Source of the DNA: an uncultured Verrucomicrobiae bacterium
GTDB taxonomy: Bacteria; Verrucomicrobiota; Verrucomicrobiia; Chthoniobacterales; Chthoniobacteraceae
Reading direction: 5' to 3'
Length of the DNA: 64,000 nucleotides
Assembly: GCA_963828525.1 (NCBI GenBank)
Contig: CAWHEP010000008.1
Location: 64,001-128,000, forward strand
Position numbers and translations under genes: made by a program. Shown one piece after another: positions 1 to 9,258 of this stretch. Position 1 is the first letter of the stretch. Every line of letters begins with the position of its first letter. Below the pieces are notes generated by a model. It had not been told where the DNA came from. It was given only the letters and a program-made list of their open reading frames with translations, and did not search any database.

Positions 1-35
1 GCATTGTACTGAACTGGAAACTCGTTCTGTCGGGC

Positions 36-1682
36 GTGGTGGTTCTCGCGGCGGGTTCCTATGGGGGAATGCGCTTCTACAAGCGCGTGACTCACGACCA
101 CCTTCTGAAACATGCCGAGGTGGCCTTGGCGGATAACAATCCACAGGGCGCGGCGATGTTTGCTCTGAGACTTCTGCGGGATGATCCGAAAGACGTCGCC
201 GCAGCAAGGCTTATGGTCAAAATCACGGAACCATGGCCTTCGGAGTCTCTCGTCTGGCACGCCAAACTCCACGAAGTGCGACCTGAGGACGCTGACAACT
301 GCCTGGCATGGGCAAAAGCCGGCCTAGAGGCAGGCCGTTTGGACGTGGCAGCGGAAGCTTTGCGTGACGTCCCGTCTTCTTCCAGAGCAAGCGGGGAGTT
401 CGAATTTGAGTCCAGCCAGCTGGATCTTGCAAAGGGTGACTTCCAAGCTGCGGAGAGTCATCTGTCCGCTGCCGCGAAGGCGAGTCCAACCGATGAGCAC
501 ATCGCGCTGGCTTTGGCCAAGGCGCGCCTTCGAATACCCGGAGAAAAGCGGGCGGAGGGTCGCGAGGCCCTTGATCAACTGTCTCACAAATCATCGACCA
601 GCGTCGAGGCCTTGCGCAGCCTCGCCAACGACGCGGAGAGGCATCAGCAGGAATCTCAGACCGTCGCCTACCTCTTAAAGCTCGCGCAACAGCCTGGAGC
701 AACTCACGAGGATCAGATGAGGCTTCTGGATCTGCTTGTCCGTATGGGAGATCCCAGCGCGCTGGAACGGGTAAAGGCATACCAGTCTCAAATCCAGGAC
801 AATCCTTCGCGGGTTTCCAGCATGGCGTTCTGGATGAACGCTAACGGGATGGCTGCGGAAACAGTTCGTTGGGTGCAAAGCCTCCCCGCAGAATCGCAGC
901 GTCAACCCAGTGTCCAAGCCGCGCTTACCCAGTCTTACGCGCAGACGGGAGATTGGGTGAGGTTGAAGGCCCTCGTGGACAAGGAAGACTGGGGAAATAT
1001 GGATTACCTTCGTATCGCGTTCCGCGCGCGATCCATCCGGGAGCAAGGAGACGCTCAGCAGTCCAAGGATCAGTGGAACCTCTCCGTTCTCAAGGCCTCC
1101 GATCATCCCGAGGCGCTTGCCCTCCTTTGCCAAACCGCGCTGAACTGGGGTTCGGCGTGGGCCGCTGAGGCGGAAGAACTGGGTTGGCGCGTAGCTGCTG
1201 ATCCACATGCTTCAAAAGCAGTTCTAAACGCGATGCAGTCGCGCTTCGTCGAAGCGGGTGACACGCGCAAATTCTACAGACTGCTTTTGCTTCGGCGGAA
1301 GCTTGAACCGGACGACGCAGGCGTTCAGAACAACTTTGCGCTTCTATCCATGCTACTAAAGCAAAACGAGCCGGCCGCTTTCCAGGCGGCGGAAAGCCTG
1401 GCGAAAGAAAACCCCACCGATGCCAATCTTGTTTCGACTTACGCTTACGCGCTACTGCTTCAGGGAAGGAAGGAGGAAGCGCTGACGATGATGAATCGTT
1501 TCTCACAAGTGGAGCTTCGTCTCCCAGCCGTAGCTCCCTATTATGGAATTCTGCTGGCTTCGGCAAATGACCCACGCGCCACGACTTATCTTGAAAGAGC
1601 AAAGCGGTCTCCCCTGCTCCTGCCAGAAGAGCGAGAACTTGTGAATGAAGCCGAGAAAAGGGCGTCGAAGGGGGAGAGGTGA
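36..1682 (+). CDS. Membrane-anchored TPR-repeat protein (EPS/exosortase-associated; frame open to the left edge, so the start may lie outside the window)
   Basis: N-terminal hydrophobic segment followed by basic residues, then Ala/Leu-rich helical repeats (e.g. PDDAGVQNNFALLSMLL, STYAYALLLQGRKEEAL). Clear paralogue of 4201-6204. Confidence 0.75.
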   Translation: MVVLAAGSYGGMRFYKRVTHDHLLKHAEVALADNNPQGAAMFALRLLRDDPKDVAAARLMVKITEPWPSESLVWHAKLHEVRPEDADNCLAWAKAGLEAGRLDVAAEALRDVPSSSRASGEFEFESSQLDLAKGDFQAAESHLSAAAKASPTDEHIALALAKARLRIPGEKRAEGREALDQLSHKSSTSVEALRSLANDAERHQQESQTVAYLLKLAQQPGATHEDQMRLLDLLVRMGDPSALERVKAYQSQIQDNPSRVSSMAFWMNANGMAAETVRWVQSLPAESQRQPSVQAALTQSYAQTGDWVRLKALVDKEDWGNMDYLRIAFRARSIREQGDAQQSKDQWNLSVLKASDHPEALALLCQTALNWGSAWAAEAEELGWRVAADPHASKAVLNAMQSRFVEAGDTRKFYRLLLLRRKLEPDDAGVQNNFALLSMLLKQNEPAAFQAAESLAKENPTDANLVSTYAYALLLQGRKEEALTMMNRFSQVELRLPAVAPYYGILLASANDPRATTYLERAKRSPLLLPEERELVNEAEKRASKGER

Positions 1683-1744
1683 AGGTCCTGCTCTCGTAGG
1701 AATGGCGTAGATCGTGCTCTTCTAGAGCCTTGGTTGTACGCCCG

Positions 1745-3554
1745 ATGAAACTTCACCCCGCGAAAACGAAAGCCGCCATGTTCGGCTTTCTGGCTTTGTT
1801 GACACAGTGGATTCCCGCTTACGCTGGCAACCATACGGCACAGGGTCCCTTGCAGGTTGGCGCATGGCGCGAAAGTCTCGTAAACTTAGACGGTACCATC
1901 AACCCCGACCAATATCGGGCGATTGCCAATTCCTATAATCAACTCGCTGCCATCGATTATCGATACGGCCCGAAATTTTCAGATTTCCACCAAGGGGCTA
2001 CGAACAGCGCGGGAACCTTGAGGCAGCTTGGCGCGAGCGGCTGGTATCCAAGCCCGTGGAACTATGCTGGCGCCACCGACTGGTTTGCGATGTCGGGTCA
2101 GCTCCTCTATTCTCCGGACGCGGCATCTGATCCGGGATTGGCCCGCGCTCGCAACGGATCTTACTATAGTACCGGTATCCGGGCCATTTTACGATCTTCG
2201 CGTTCAATTTACGCCGGATTCGGGCAACTACTACAACTGCAATCCCGACCCGGGTTTAAATCCCTCGCGCTGGAGTCCCTCTCCTCCGACTCCGGCTGTC
2301 GCAAGCGCCAGAGCTCACTTCATCAGCGGGATGCCCGGCGCGGTGATCTTCCAGAATGGCTTGGTAGCGATGCTGGGAACAGGGAATGATTCGGATACAG
2401 TCGCCGGGCGCTACGCCTGCGCGCAACTGCCCGCAAACAAGGTTCCCACGGCAGTGTGCATGACGCTCAGCAACGAATTCGTGCTGGTGACCGTATGGGA
2501 TACAGCCCGGCTTCGAGGTGAGGTGGCGGTCATAGCCGTAAACGGCTGGATGGTTGCGGGAGCGGGCCGCTTCCAGTATGGGGTGCCGAACTGGCAGGGA
2601 ATCCGGAGTCTCAAGCTCCTTGGCTTCGTGGAGTTGCCCTTCAAGGCTCCCACATCGATCTCAGTGACTTCAGACCTCTCGCAGGATAGCGGACGAGCGA
2701 GCGGAGAGTTGTCGGGAATGAACTGGAATTCACAGAGTGAACGAGATGGATGGTATAACTGGACAACCGGATATCGCAGAACCGCGCGTGTCGGTTATGC
2801 CGTTATCGCTTCCCGGTCCGAAAACAAGGTCGCCTTTGTGAATTTGCAGCCGCTTTTCCAATACTACAGGGAGATGTATTTCACATCCCAGGCAAACTTT
2901 AATCTCACTCAGAACCAGGGTTCATCCGATGGGACGTGGCCGTTCACCTTCACTTACGCTCCCGCCCAGATACCGACGGTGAAATATGTTGGAACTGTCA
3001 CCCAACCCACCGCAGTAGCAGCCGGTTTCCATCGCGGGAATAGCATCTGGTGGCGTCAAATTCCCGGAGCCGGGAATGAAGGAAATTTTGCCAATAGAGC
3101 TTACGCCACCACGATGGCGGGTCAGCTCCAAGTATATGATGTCACCAGCTTAAATACTTTCGGGGCATCAGGCGCCCCGTTCCTGATTTCCACTCAAGTT
3201 CTTGGGAAAAACCCGACGGATATCGCCTACGGCGCTCAGGCTGGTGACGCGAATCCTAATGACCTTTATGTTACGTGCCGCGGTGAATGTAAAATCTACC
3301 GCGTCACGGAGGCGGGAAGCATCGACGCCATCCTAGGGGATAGCAGGATGATTGATCCCGTCTCTGCTGAAATCTCGAACGACAACCGGTTCCCGAATGG
3401 AGTCAGTCTCCTTTCTGTGATGGATTTTGGAGGAAAACAGGCAATCAACTATGCGGCGCTGGAAGGCACATCTGAAACAGCGGGTTTTCTTTTCGGGAGC
3501 GCAACAGCCGTCCCGGGGCATCCGTTTCTCTTCGACGTTGCCGAGGTTCCATAG
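1745..3554 (+). CDS. Secreted beta-rich (propeller-like) protein of unknown family, split by a frameshift near 2175
   Basis: Signal peptide MKLHPAKTKAAMFGFLALLTQWIPAYA in ORF 1730-2389. Protein-like sequence moves to the 2028-3554 frame at ...GSYYSTG / SGPFYDLRVQF. Repeated PTAV/PTSI/PTDI/PVSA-type beta-blade motifs. Confidence 0.65.
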
Positions 3555-3575
3555 GCTCGGTCGCTACGGGCCAGG

Positions 3576-3604
3576 TTGCATCACATGTGACTTGATGATA
3601 TAGA
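3576..3604 (+). promoter_or_regulatory. Putative sigma70-type promoter for the rfaH-like gene, overlapping the palindrome TCACATGTGA
   Basis: TTGCAT-N17-TATAGA; perfect palindrome at 3581-3590; GTG start 6 nt after the -10 box. Confidence 0.4.
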
Positions 3605-3610
3605 CCTGCT

Positions 3611-4168
3611 GTGACAGCTAGGAGCAGTCCGGCTACGCTGCCGGATCCAAATCCGCAATGGTATTGCATTCGCGGCGTTCCCAAACAAGAACACATCGCG
3701 GCAGCTCATCTGAGGCAGCTGCCAGAGGTGGAGGTTTTCTGCCCACGAGTGAGGTTTCGTCGCGTTACGCGACGTGGAACCATTTGGTTCACCGAAGCGC
3801 TGTTTCCAGGATACCTTTTCGCTCGCTTTGACAGGTGGCGCCTGCAGAGGGCGGTCGCCCACGCGCGCTCAGTGATTTCGATAGTCAGATTTGGGGATGA
3901 GGTGCCGAGCATCCCAGGAGCAGCGCTAGCTCAACTGCAGGAGCAGATGAGCGGCGAGGAGTGCAAAATTATTATCCCGGAAGTGCAGGAAGGTGACAAC
4001 GTCATAGTTGCCCACGGGTTGTTCAGAGGTCTCGCGAGCGTCGTGACGAGCGTGATGCCCGCCAAAGACCGGGTGCGTGTGCTTCTCGACTTCCTAGGTG
4101 AATGCCGGGAAGTTGAAGTACATCGTGACCAGGTGCTTCCTGATAGAAGCCATTTCCTGACGGCGTAG
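3611..4168 (+). CDS. rfaH: RfaH/UpxY-like NusG-paralogue transcription antiterminator
   Basis: NGN domain WYCIRGVPKQEHIAAAHL...VFCP...EALFPGYLFARFD; KOW motif EGDNVIVAHGLFRGL...RVRVLLDFLG. Confidence 0.88.
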   Translation: MTARSSPATLPDPNPQWYCIRGVPKQEHIAAAHLRQLPEVEVFCPRVRFRRVTRRGTIWFTEALFPGYLFARFDRWRLQRAVAHARSVISIVRFGDEVPSIPGAALAQLQEQMSGEECKIIIPEVQEGDNVIVAHGLFRGLASVVTSVMPAKDRVRVLLDFLGECREVEVHRDQVLPDRSHFLTA

Positions 4169-4200
4169 CCAGCGGTAAACCCGCCGCCCCCATCCTGCAC

Positions 4201-6204
4201 ATGCGTCCTCTAAGAAGCCTGTCGCGCCTGGCGCGATCCTTGAATAGGCTTCACCAGCGTCTTCCCCAGTTCAGAAGTTCCCGACGACGCAGGAGTCTGC
4301 TCAGCGCGCTGAACAGCGTGCGTTTTACCATGCCGGGCGCCCGTAAGGAAATCCCCCGCCACGCGGGGCCTATCCAGGTGATCAACAATCTACATCATTT
4401 TGCGCCGAGCATTTGGAGAACAAGCAGATGGAACCCCGTAAAAAGGCTGAACACGGTGCATCTTTGGATTCCACAGATGGTAAGACGGCTCAAGCGCAGG
4501 TGGAGGTCTTCCGCCGGCATCCTGCTCGCGGTCTGCCTGGCTCTCGGAGGGGCCGCGTATCAGTATAGGACGCGGAAAACTGAGCGCCTTCTCGTTCAGG
4601 CCAAAGAAGACCTTCGCGCAGGGAACGTGCAAACAGCGCTATTTGAAGCGTCCGCCGTGCTGCAACGAGAGCCAGGCAGCGCGAGCGCGTGCGCGCTGAT
4701 CGCCGTGGCGCTCAGCAAGCGGTGGCCGCAAGAAGCGCTCGGATGGTTCCAGCGCGCGAATCATCTACTGCCGGGGAACGTGGAGACCAGCATGGCCTGG
4801 GCCCGTGTCGCATTGGAAATCAAGAGACCGGGAGCGGCGCGGGAAGCTCTCGCTTCGATTGGAAGCGAGGGAATGGATCTTCCCGAATTTCACCTTCTCG
4901 CAGCGCAGGTGGCGATCTCAAACGCCGATCTGTTGAAAGCGGAGGCTGAACTCCAGCGCGCAGTCGATCTGAAGCCTGGCGACGATGAACTGCGCTTCGA
5001 ACTAGCCAATGTTGACGCGCATTTTGAGGGCGCCAAAAGAGACATCGCGCTCGCCACTTTGGAGAAGATGACGACCGAACCGAAAATCCGCGTTCCGGCT
5101 CTTCGCGCGCTAGGCGAGGATGCGGTCGCGCATGGGGACGTTGCGAAGGGCCTCGAGTGTCTGGCGAAAATGAAAGGCGTCGCGCAGGTTCCGGAGAAGG
5201 ACCGGCTCAACATTCTGAGCATGCTACTCAGGACAAATCACCCGAGTTTCAGCTCTGAGTTGCGGCAGGTGGAGGCAGAAAGCGCATCGAATGGCGCAAG
5301 GGCAGCAGGCCTTGCCATTTGGATGGCGGAGAACCAGCTCGCCCTGCCCGCGATCGAATGGCTCTTAGACCTGCCCGGGGCGGTCCGCGACCAGGCTCCA
5401 GCCCAGCTTGCGCTGGCACAGTGTTACGTCGCGATGCGAGACTGGGATCGGCTACAAGCCCTGGCAGCGAAGGGAGACTGGCAGCAGATGGATTTCCTGC
5501 GGGTGGCGCTCCTCGCGAGAGCTCACAAAGAGGCGGGCAAGCCGGAAGACGCTGCAGGCGAATGGAGGCTCGCCATATTGAAGGCAGGAAAACAACCTCA
5601 GCTGCTCGCCATGCTCAGCAGCATGGCGAGCAGCTGGGGGCCGCAGTGGGAGGAACAGGGAAACGGTCTCGCATGGGAAGCATCTGAGCAGCCAAATCCG
5701 CCCATGTGGCTGCTATGGTCCATGCACAACAGGTTCGTGTCCAAGGGAGACGCTGAACATCTTTACCGTCTGACCGCGCGCCTTCGGGAAATCGAACCCA
5801 CCGACCGCGTCGCGCAAAACAACTTCGTTATGCTGTCCCTGTTATTGAAGCAAAATGAAGCGGAGGCGCGCGAAGTAGCCAGACACCTGTTCGAGATCTA
5901 TCCGGATGATCCCCAGACCGGTTCCACCTACGCTTATTCGCTTTACGAGCAGGGCCGCCCATTAGAGGCGCTCGAGGCGATGAAGCGCTACCCCGCGGCA
6001 CTCCACGTCCCCGCGTTCGGAGCTTATTACGGGATCTTTCTCGCGGCGAATGGGTTGCGCGAGGAGGCATTGCAGTATCTCGCTCTTGCGAAGAGCGCGA
6101 TGTTGCTGCCGCAGGAACGCGCGATGATGGACAAGGCTCGGGATTCCCTCATGAAGAGCAGTTTGTCCCCGGGAAGGACGGCGAGCACCGGCACAGGAAG
6201 TTAA
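4201..6204 (+). CDS. Membrane-anchored TPR-repeat protein (true start probably later, e.g. ~4477)
   Basis: TM segment GILLAVCLALGGAAY, then TPR-like helices. Shares DW..MD.LR.A..AR, QNNF..LSLLLKQNE, STYAY.L..QGR and LLP.ER with 36-1682. Confidence 0.75.
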   Translation: MRPLRSLSRLARSLNRLHQRLPQFRSSRRRRSLLSALNSVRFTMPGARKEIPRHAGPIQVINNLHHFAPSIWRTSRWNPVKRLNTVHLWIPQMVRRLKRRWRSSAGILLAVCLALGGAAYQYRTRKTERLLVQAKEDLRAGNVQTALFEASAVLQREPGSASACALIAVALSKRWPQEALGWFQRANHLLPGNVETSMAWARVALEIKRPGAAREALASIGSEGMDLPEFHLLAAQVAISNADLLKAEAELQRAVDLKPGDDELRFELANVDAHFEGAKRDIALATLEKMTTEPKIRVPALRALGEDAVAHGDVAKGLECLAKMKGVAQVPEKDRLNILSMLLRTNHPSFSSELRQVEAESASNGARAAGLAIWMAENQLALPAIEWLLDLPGAVRDQAPAQLALAQCYVAMRDWDRLQALAAKGDWQQMDFLRVALLARAHKEAGKPEDAAGEWRLAILKAGKQPQLLAMLSSMASSWGPQWEEQGNGLAWEASEQPNPPMWLLWSMHNRFVSKGDAEHLYRLTARLREIEPTDRVAQNNFVMLSLLLKQNEAEAREVARHLFEIYPDDPQTGSTYAYSLYEQGRPLEALEAMKRYPAALHVPAFGAYYGIFLAANGLREEALQYLALAKSAMLLPQERAMMDKARDSLMKSSLSPGRTASTGTGS

Positions 6205-6205
6205 A

Positions 6206-7783
6206 TTGAGCGAAGTCATCACGAGCCCCCTCACCTCTCAGAAGAACACACAGCGCCTGTCCTCGCAACGCCTGCTGCTGCCCTGGCTTACTGTCTTTGG
6301 AGCAACATGGATCTTTTTCATTGCCAGCACCAGCTCGCAATGGTTGTTAAACCCGGAATACCATTATGGCTGGGCGGTGCCGTTTCTCTGCCTGGCGCTC
6401 TGTTGGGAACGGTGGCACGACCGCCCTGCGGCAGCGCCGTCCCGCAATAAGTTCGCAGTATTCGCAGCAGGAGCAGCTTTGATAGCCGTTGTTTTTGGCG
6501 GGCTGCTGATACAAGAAGCAAACCCTGACTGGCTATTCGCCACCTGGACTGTGGCTTTCGCTATAATGGGGTTGTTGTTGCTGGAGACTTACGCAGCGGG
6601 TGGCGTTACGTGGCTAAAGCGATTCACCCCAGCGATCTTCTTTCTCATTACCGCGCTGCCGTGGCCGTTCTTTCTCGAGCACCGCGTCGTTCAGGACTTG
6701 ACGAGATTGGTCACCGCGGCGGCGACTGAGGTTCTGCTCACATGCGGCATTCCCGCGTTACAGCATGGCAATGTAATCGAGGTGAAAACGGGCTTGGTGG
6801 GAATCGATGAAGCGTGCAGCGGGATCCGCTCCCTGCAAGCGGTCGTGATGATCTCCCTCTTCTTTGGGACGAAATACCGATTAGGCATCCTACGATCCGC
6901 GGCGTTGCTGCTGGGTGGGGCAGCAGTCGCCTGTCTGTGCAATGTGGGTAGATCGAGCGCATTGGCAGCAGTCGTGGCCACCCGTGGGATGACCGCGCTC
7001 GCATCCTGGCATGACCCGTTAGGAGTGGCTGTGTTGCTGATCTGCTTTAGCGTGGTCTGGTTGGGAGGAACGTTGTTAAAGTGGACGGCGGCGCGAGAAG
7101 CCCCAACTCCGGGGGAGCGGACCATGCAAGCGCCGCCCCATTTTCTCTCTCCTGCCGCAGCCATCCTTTTCATCTCCCTGCTGCCCATGACATGGCTGGC
7201 CACGCAGACTTGGTACTGGATCCACGAACGCGGGGAAAACAGCGGGGCGGGGTGGGCTCCTGAGTGGCCGCGCGCCAATCCTTCCTTCATTCAGCATGAG
7301 ATCCCCAAGTATACGTTCAACCTCTTGCTTTATGATGAGGGAATTGAAGCGGGCTGGGATGACCAAAGCGGAGCGCATTGGGAAGCGGCGTATTTCCGTT
7401 GGCGGCCCGGGCTTCGGGCGGCGCAATCCCTGCGCGATCACGTGCCGCAGACGTGTCTGCCTGGTGCTGGAATGACGTTTATTTCTACCTCGGACGAAAT
7501 CAGTCTTACGATTCACGGAATTGCTTTTCCGATAGAGCGTTACGTCGCGGACGATCAAGGCAAAACGTTGTACATCTATCGATGCATCACAGGCGACCTT
7601 TCATCCGCGCCAGGGGGCAAATCAGTTGACTGGAGCAGGGCCATCCGACTCCAGAGAGTTTTTGAAGGCAGGCGTCCTCGATCCGATCAGCGAATCCTGG
7701 AACTGAGCGCGACAGGTTTCAAGAGCCAGGACGCCGCGGACAAGGCGCTTCAGGTTGAGATGGATTCCCTCGTTAGAACCTAA
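6206..7783 (+). CDS. Exosortase/archaeosortase family transpeptidase fused to a C-terminal EpsI-like periplasmic domain
   Basis: PEYHYGWAVP motif; about 8 TM helices; catalytic triad Cys (IDEACSGIRSL), Arg (CNVGR), His (WHD). Soluble C-terminal domain with the EpsI-type H-x-P-x-x-C motif (DHVPQTCLPGAG). Confidence 0.88.
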   Translation: MSEVITSPLTSQKNTQRLSSQRLLLPWLTVFGATWIFFIASTSSQWLLNPEYHYGWAVPFLCLALCWERWHDRPAAAPSRNKFAVFAAGAALIAVVFGGLLIQEANPDWLFATWTVAFAIMGLLLLETYAAGGVTWLKRFTPAIFFLITALPWPFFLEHRVVQDLTRLVTAAATEVLLTCGIPALQHGNVIEVKTGLVGIDEACSGIRSLQAVVMISLFFGTKYRLGILRSAALLLGGAAVACLCNVGRSSALAAVVATRGMTALASWHDPLGVAVLLICFSVVWLGGTLLKWTAAREAPTPGERTMQAPPHFLSPAAAILFISLLPMTWLATQTWYWIHERGENSGAGWAPEWPRANPSFIQHEIPKYTFNLLLYDEGIEAGWDDQSGAHWEAAYFRWRPGLRAAQSLRDHVPQTCLPGAGMTFISTSDEISLTIHGIAFPIERYVADDQGKTLYIYRCITGDLSSAPGGKSVDWSRAIRLQRVFEGRRPRSDQRILELSATGFKSQDAADKALQVEMDSLVRT

Positions 7784-9247
7784 GGCGACCTTGCCGGCGA
7801 GCGGTTCAGTCCCGCTGGCCTCGCGAGAGAGCTCCCGGCGAGAAGATGATCGCCTTCCATGGCCTTTTCGCCCCGCCATTCTTTCCCAGCCGAGAGAGCC
7901 CCAGGCAATGCCAAGGAAGGTAAAGACGTAGAGCAGGATTGAAGCGATCTGCAGGGGGAAGTCCACTAGTCCGTGCAGGGCTACGCCCATCAACGCGATG
8001 ATGCTAGCGAACGCAAGAGCCTTCTCGGTACGCGACACGCGCGCGAGGTGGGTGAAGATCACACACAGCAGTCCGCCGAAAAATAGCAGCGCCCAAAGCA
8101 CTGAACCCACCACCCCCCATTCTATCGTGGTCTGAAGGTAATCTTCGTGGGCGTATTGCCACTGGCCGGAAAGAGCGGAGCCGAACTCGGAAGTGTAAAA
8201 CGGAAACACCTTCGCGAAAGTTCCGGGACCAAAGCCCCACAAGCCAGAGTCATGGGCCATGACCAGGCAGACGCGATCCACATCCAGACGCAGATTTTTC
8301 TCGGTCAACTCGGCGTTCAGGTGCGACCAGCGTTCCAAAGAGACATCCCATCCGACGGACCAAGCCACAACCACGAGCGCGGCAATAACAATTATGGAAT
8401 AGGCGATCGTGGCCACAACCTTAAACCGGGGTTGCGAGCGGAACAGGGTGACAGCCGACCACCCCGCCATCACGAGAAGAAGGACGCACCCGATAAGAGT
8501 AGCCGCTTTGGACGCGTTCACGAAGATGCCGGCAGCGCTGATGGCTGCCGCGCTCACCCACAGCGCTCTTGCCAGGCCGTTTGCTTCACGTTGGAAGCAG
8601 AGCACGGTGAAAGCGACCATGACGGGCCAGACCAGGTTGATATAAGCTCCCGCGTTCCCGTGGTAGAGGTAAGTTGCGAAGGGCCACGTATTGCCAGGAA
8701 TTTGCGAGACCCAGAGGATCATTCTGAACCCCAGAAGGCGAAGGCCTAAACCGTACAGGATGAGCGAAGCGCCGGTGAAAGCGACCGTAGACGCCAGCAG
8801 CATCTGCCAGCGCCTGTCACGCGCCATATCACTGACAATGCAGAAAACTCCAAACAGGCCTGAAAAGAGCAGCATTCGGGGCCAGGAAGCCGCCTGATCG
8901 ATTGTAGAGGGATACGCGTCGGAGTGGGCGAGCGGGAGGAATCTGTGGAAATCCGAGTCGAAGGTCGAACGCGGGTTGAGCGTCATGCACCATCCTTGCG
9001 CGAGGAGGCAAAGCATAAGCAGCGTTGGGACAATGGAGAGATGCGGCATTCTGCGATCCAGGAGGTTCGCGCCGATCCAGAGAGCAAAGACTGCAAGCAG
9101 CGCCTTTGACAACCACTCCACTTCCAAGGCGCCGGTGCATCCAAATGCCCACGGCGCAAGCAGGAGCGAAACGAGAAAACCCCAACGGGGGATCTCCACG
9201 AAACGAAAACCCCTCGGGCGGACGGATTCCCCCTTTGAAAACGTCAA
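7622..9247 (-). CDS. O-antigen ligase family (Wzy_C/WaaL-like) membrane protein
   Basis: Multi-TM; FATYLYHGNAGAYINL, ASKAA, GLWGFGPGTF, AHEDYLQTTIEWG and HGLVDFPLQ motifs. The 3' end overlaps the exosortase gene by 162 bp. Confidence 0.85.
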   Translation of the reverse strand: MTFSKGESVRPRGFRFVEIPRWGFLVSLLLAPWAFGCTGALEVEWLSKALLAVFALWIGANLLDRRMPHLSIVPTLLMLCLLAQGWCMTLNPRSTFDSDFHRFLPLAHSDAYPSTIDQAASWPRMLLFSGLFGVFCIVSDMARDRRWQMLLASTVAFTGASLILYGLGLRLLGFRMILWVSQIPGNTWPFATYLYHGNAGAYINLVWPVMVAFTVLCFQREANGLARALWVSAAAISAAGIFVNASKAATLIGCVLLLVMAGWSAVTLFRSQPRFKVVATIAYSIIVIAALVVVAWSVGWDVSLERWSHLNAELTEKNLRLDVDRVCLVMAHDSGLWGFGPGTFAKVFPFYTSEFGSALSGQWQYAHEDYLQTTIEWGVVGSVLWALLFFGGLLCVIFTHLARVSRTEKALAFASIIALMGVALHGLVDFPLQIASILLYVFTFLGIAWGSLGWERMAGRKGHGRRSSSRRELSREASGTEPLAGKVALGSNEGIHLNLKRLVRGVLALETCRAQFQDSLIGSRTPAFKNSLESDGPAPVN

Positions 9248-9258
9248 TGCCAGAACGT

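Noticed and set aside
3530..3600. C-terminal ...EVP of the secreted protein as a frameshifted PEP-CTERM/VPDSG-CTERM signal
   Set aside because: No hydrophobic helix plus basic tail follows in the short downstream gap. No canonical exosortase substrate was found in the window.
4201..4476. Long Arg-rich N-terminal extension of the second TPR protein
   Set aside because: Probably an over-extended ORF call. The paralogue's similarity starts at the TM segment, so a start near 4477 is more plausible.
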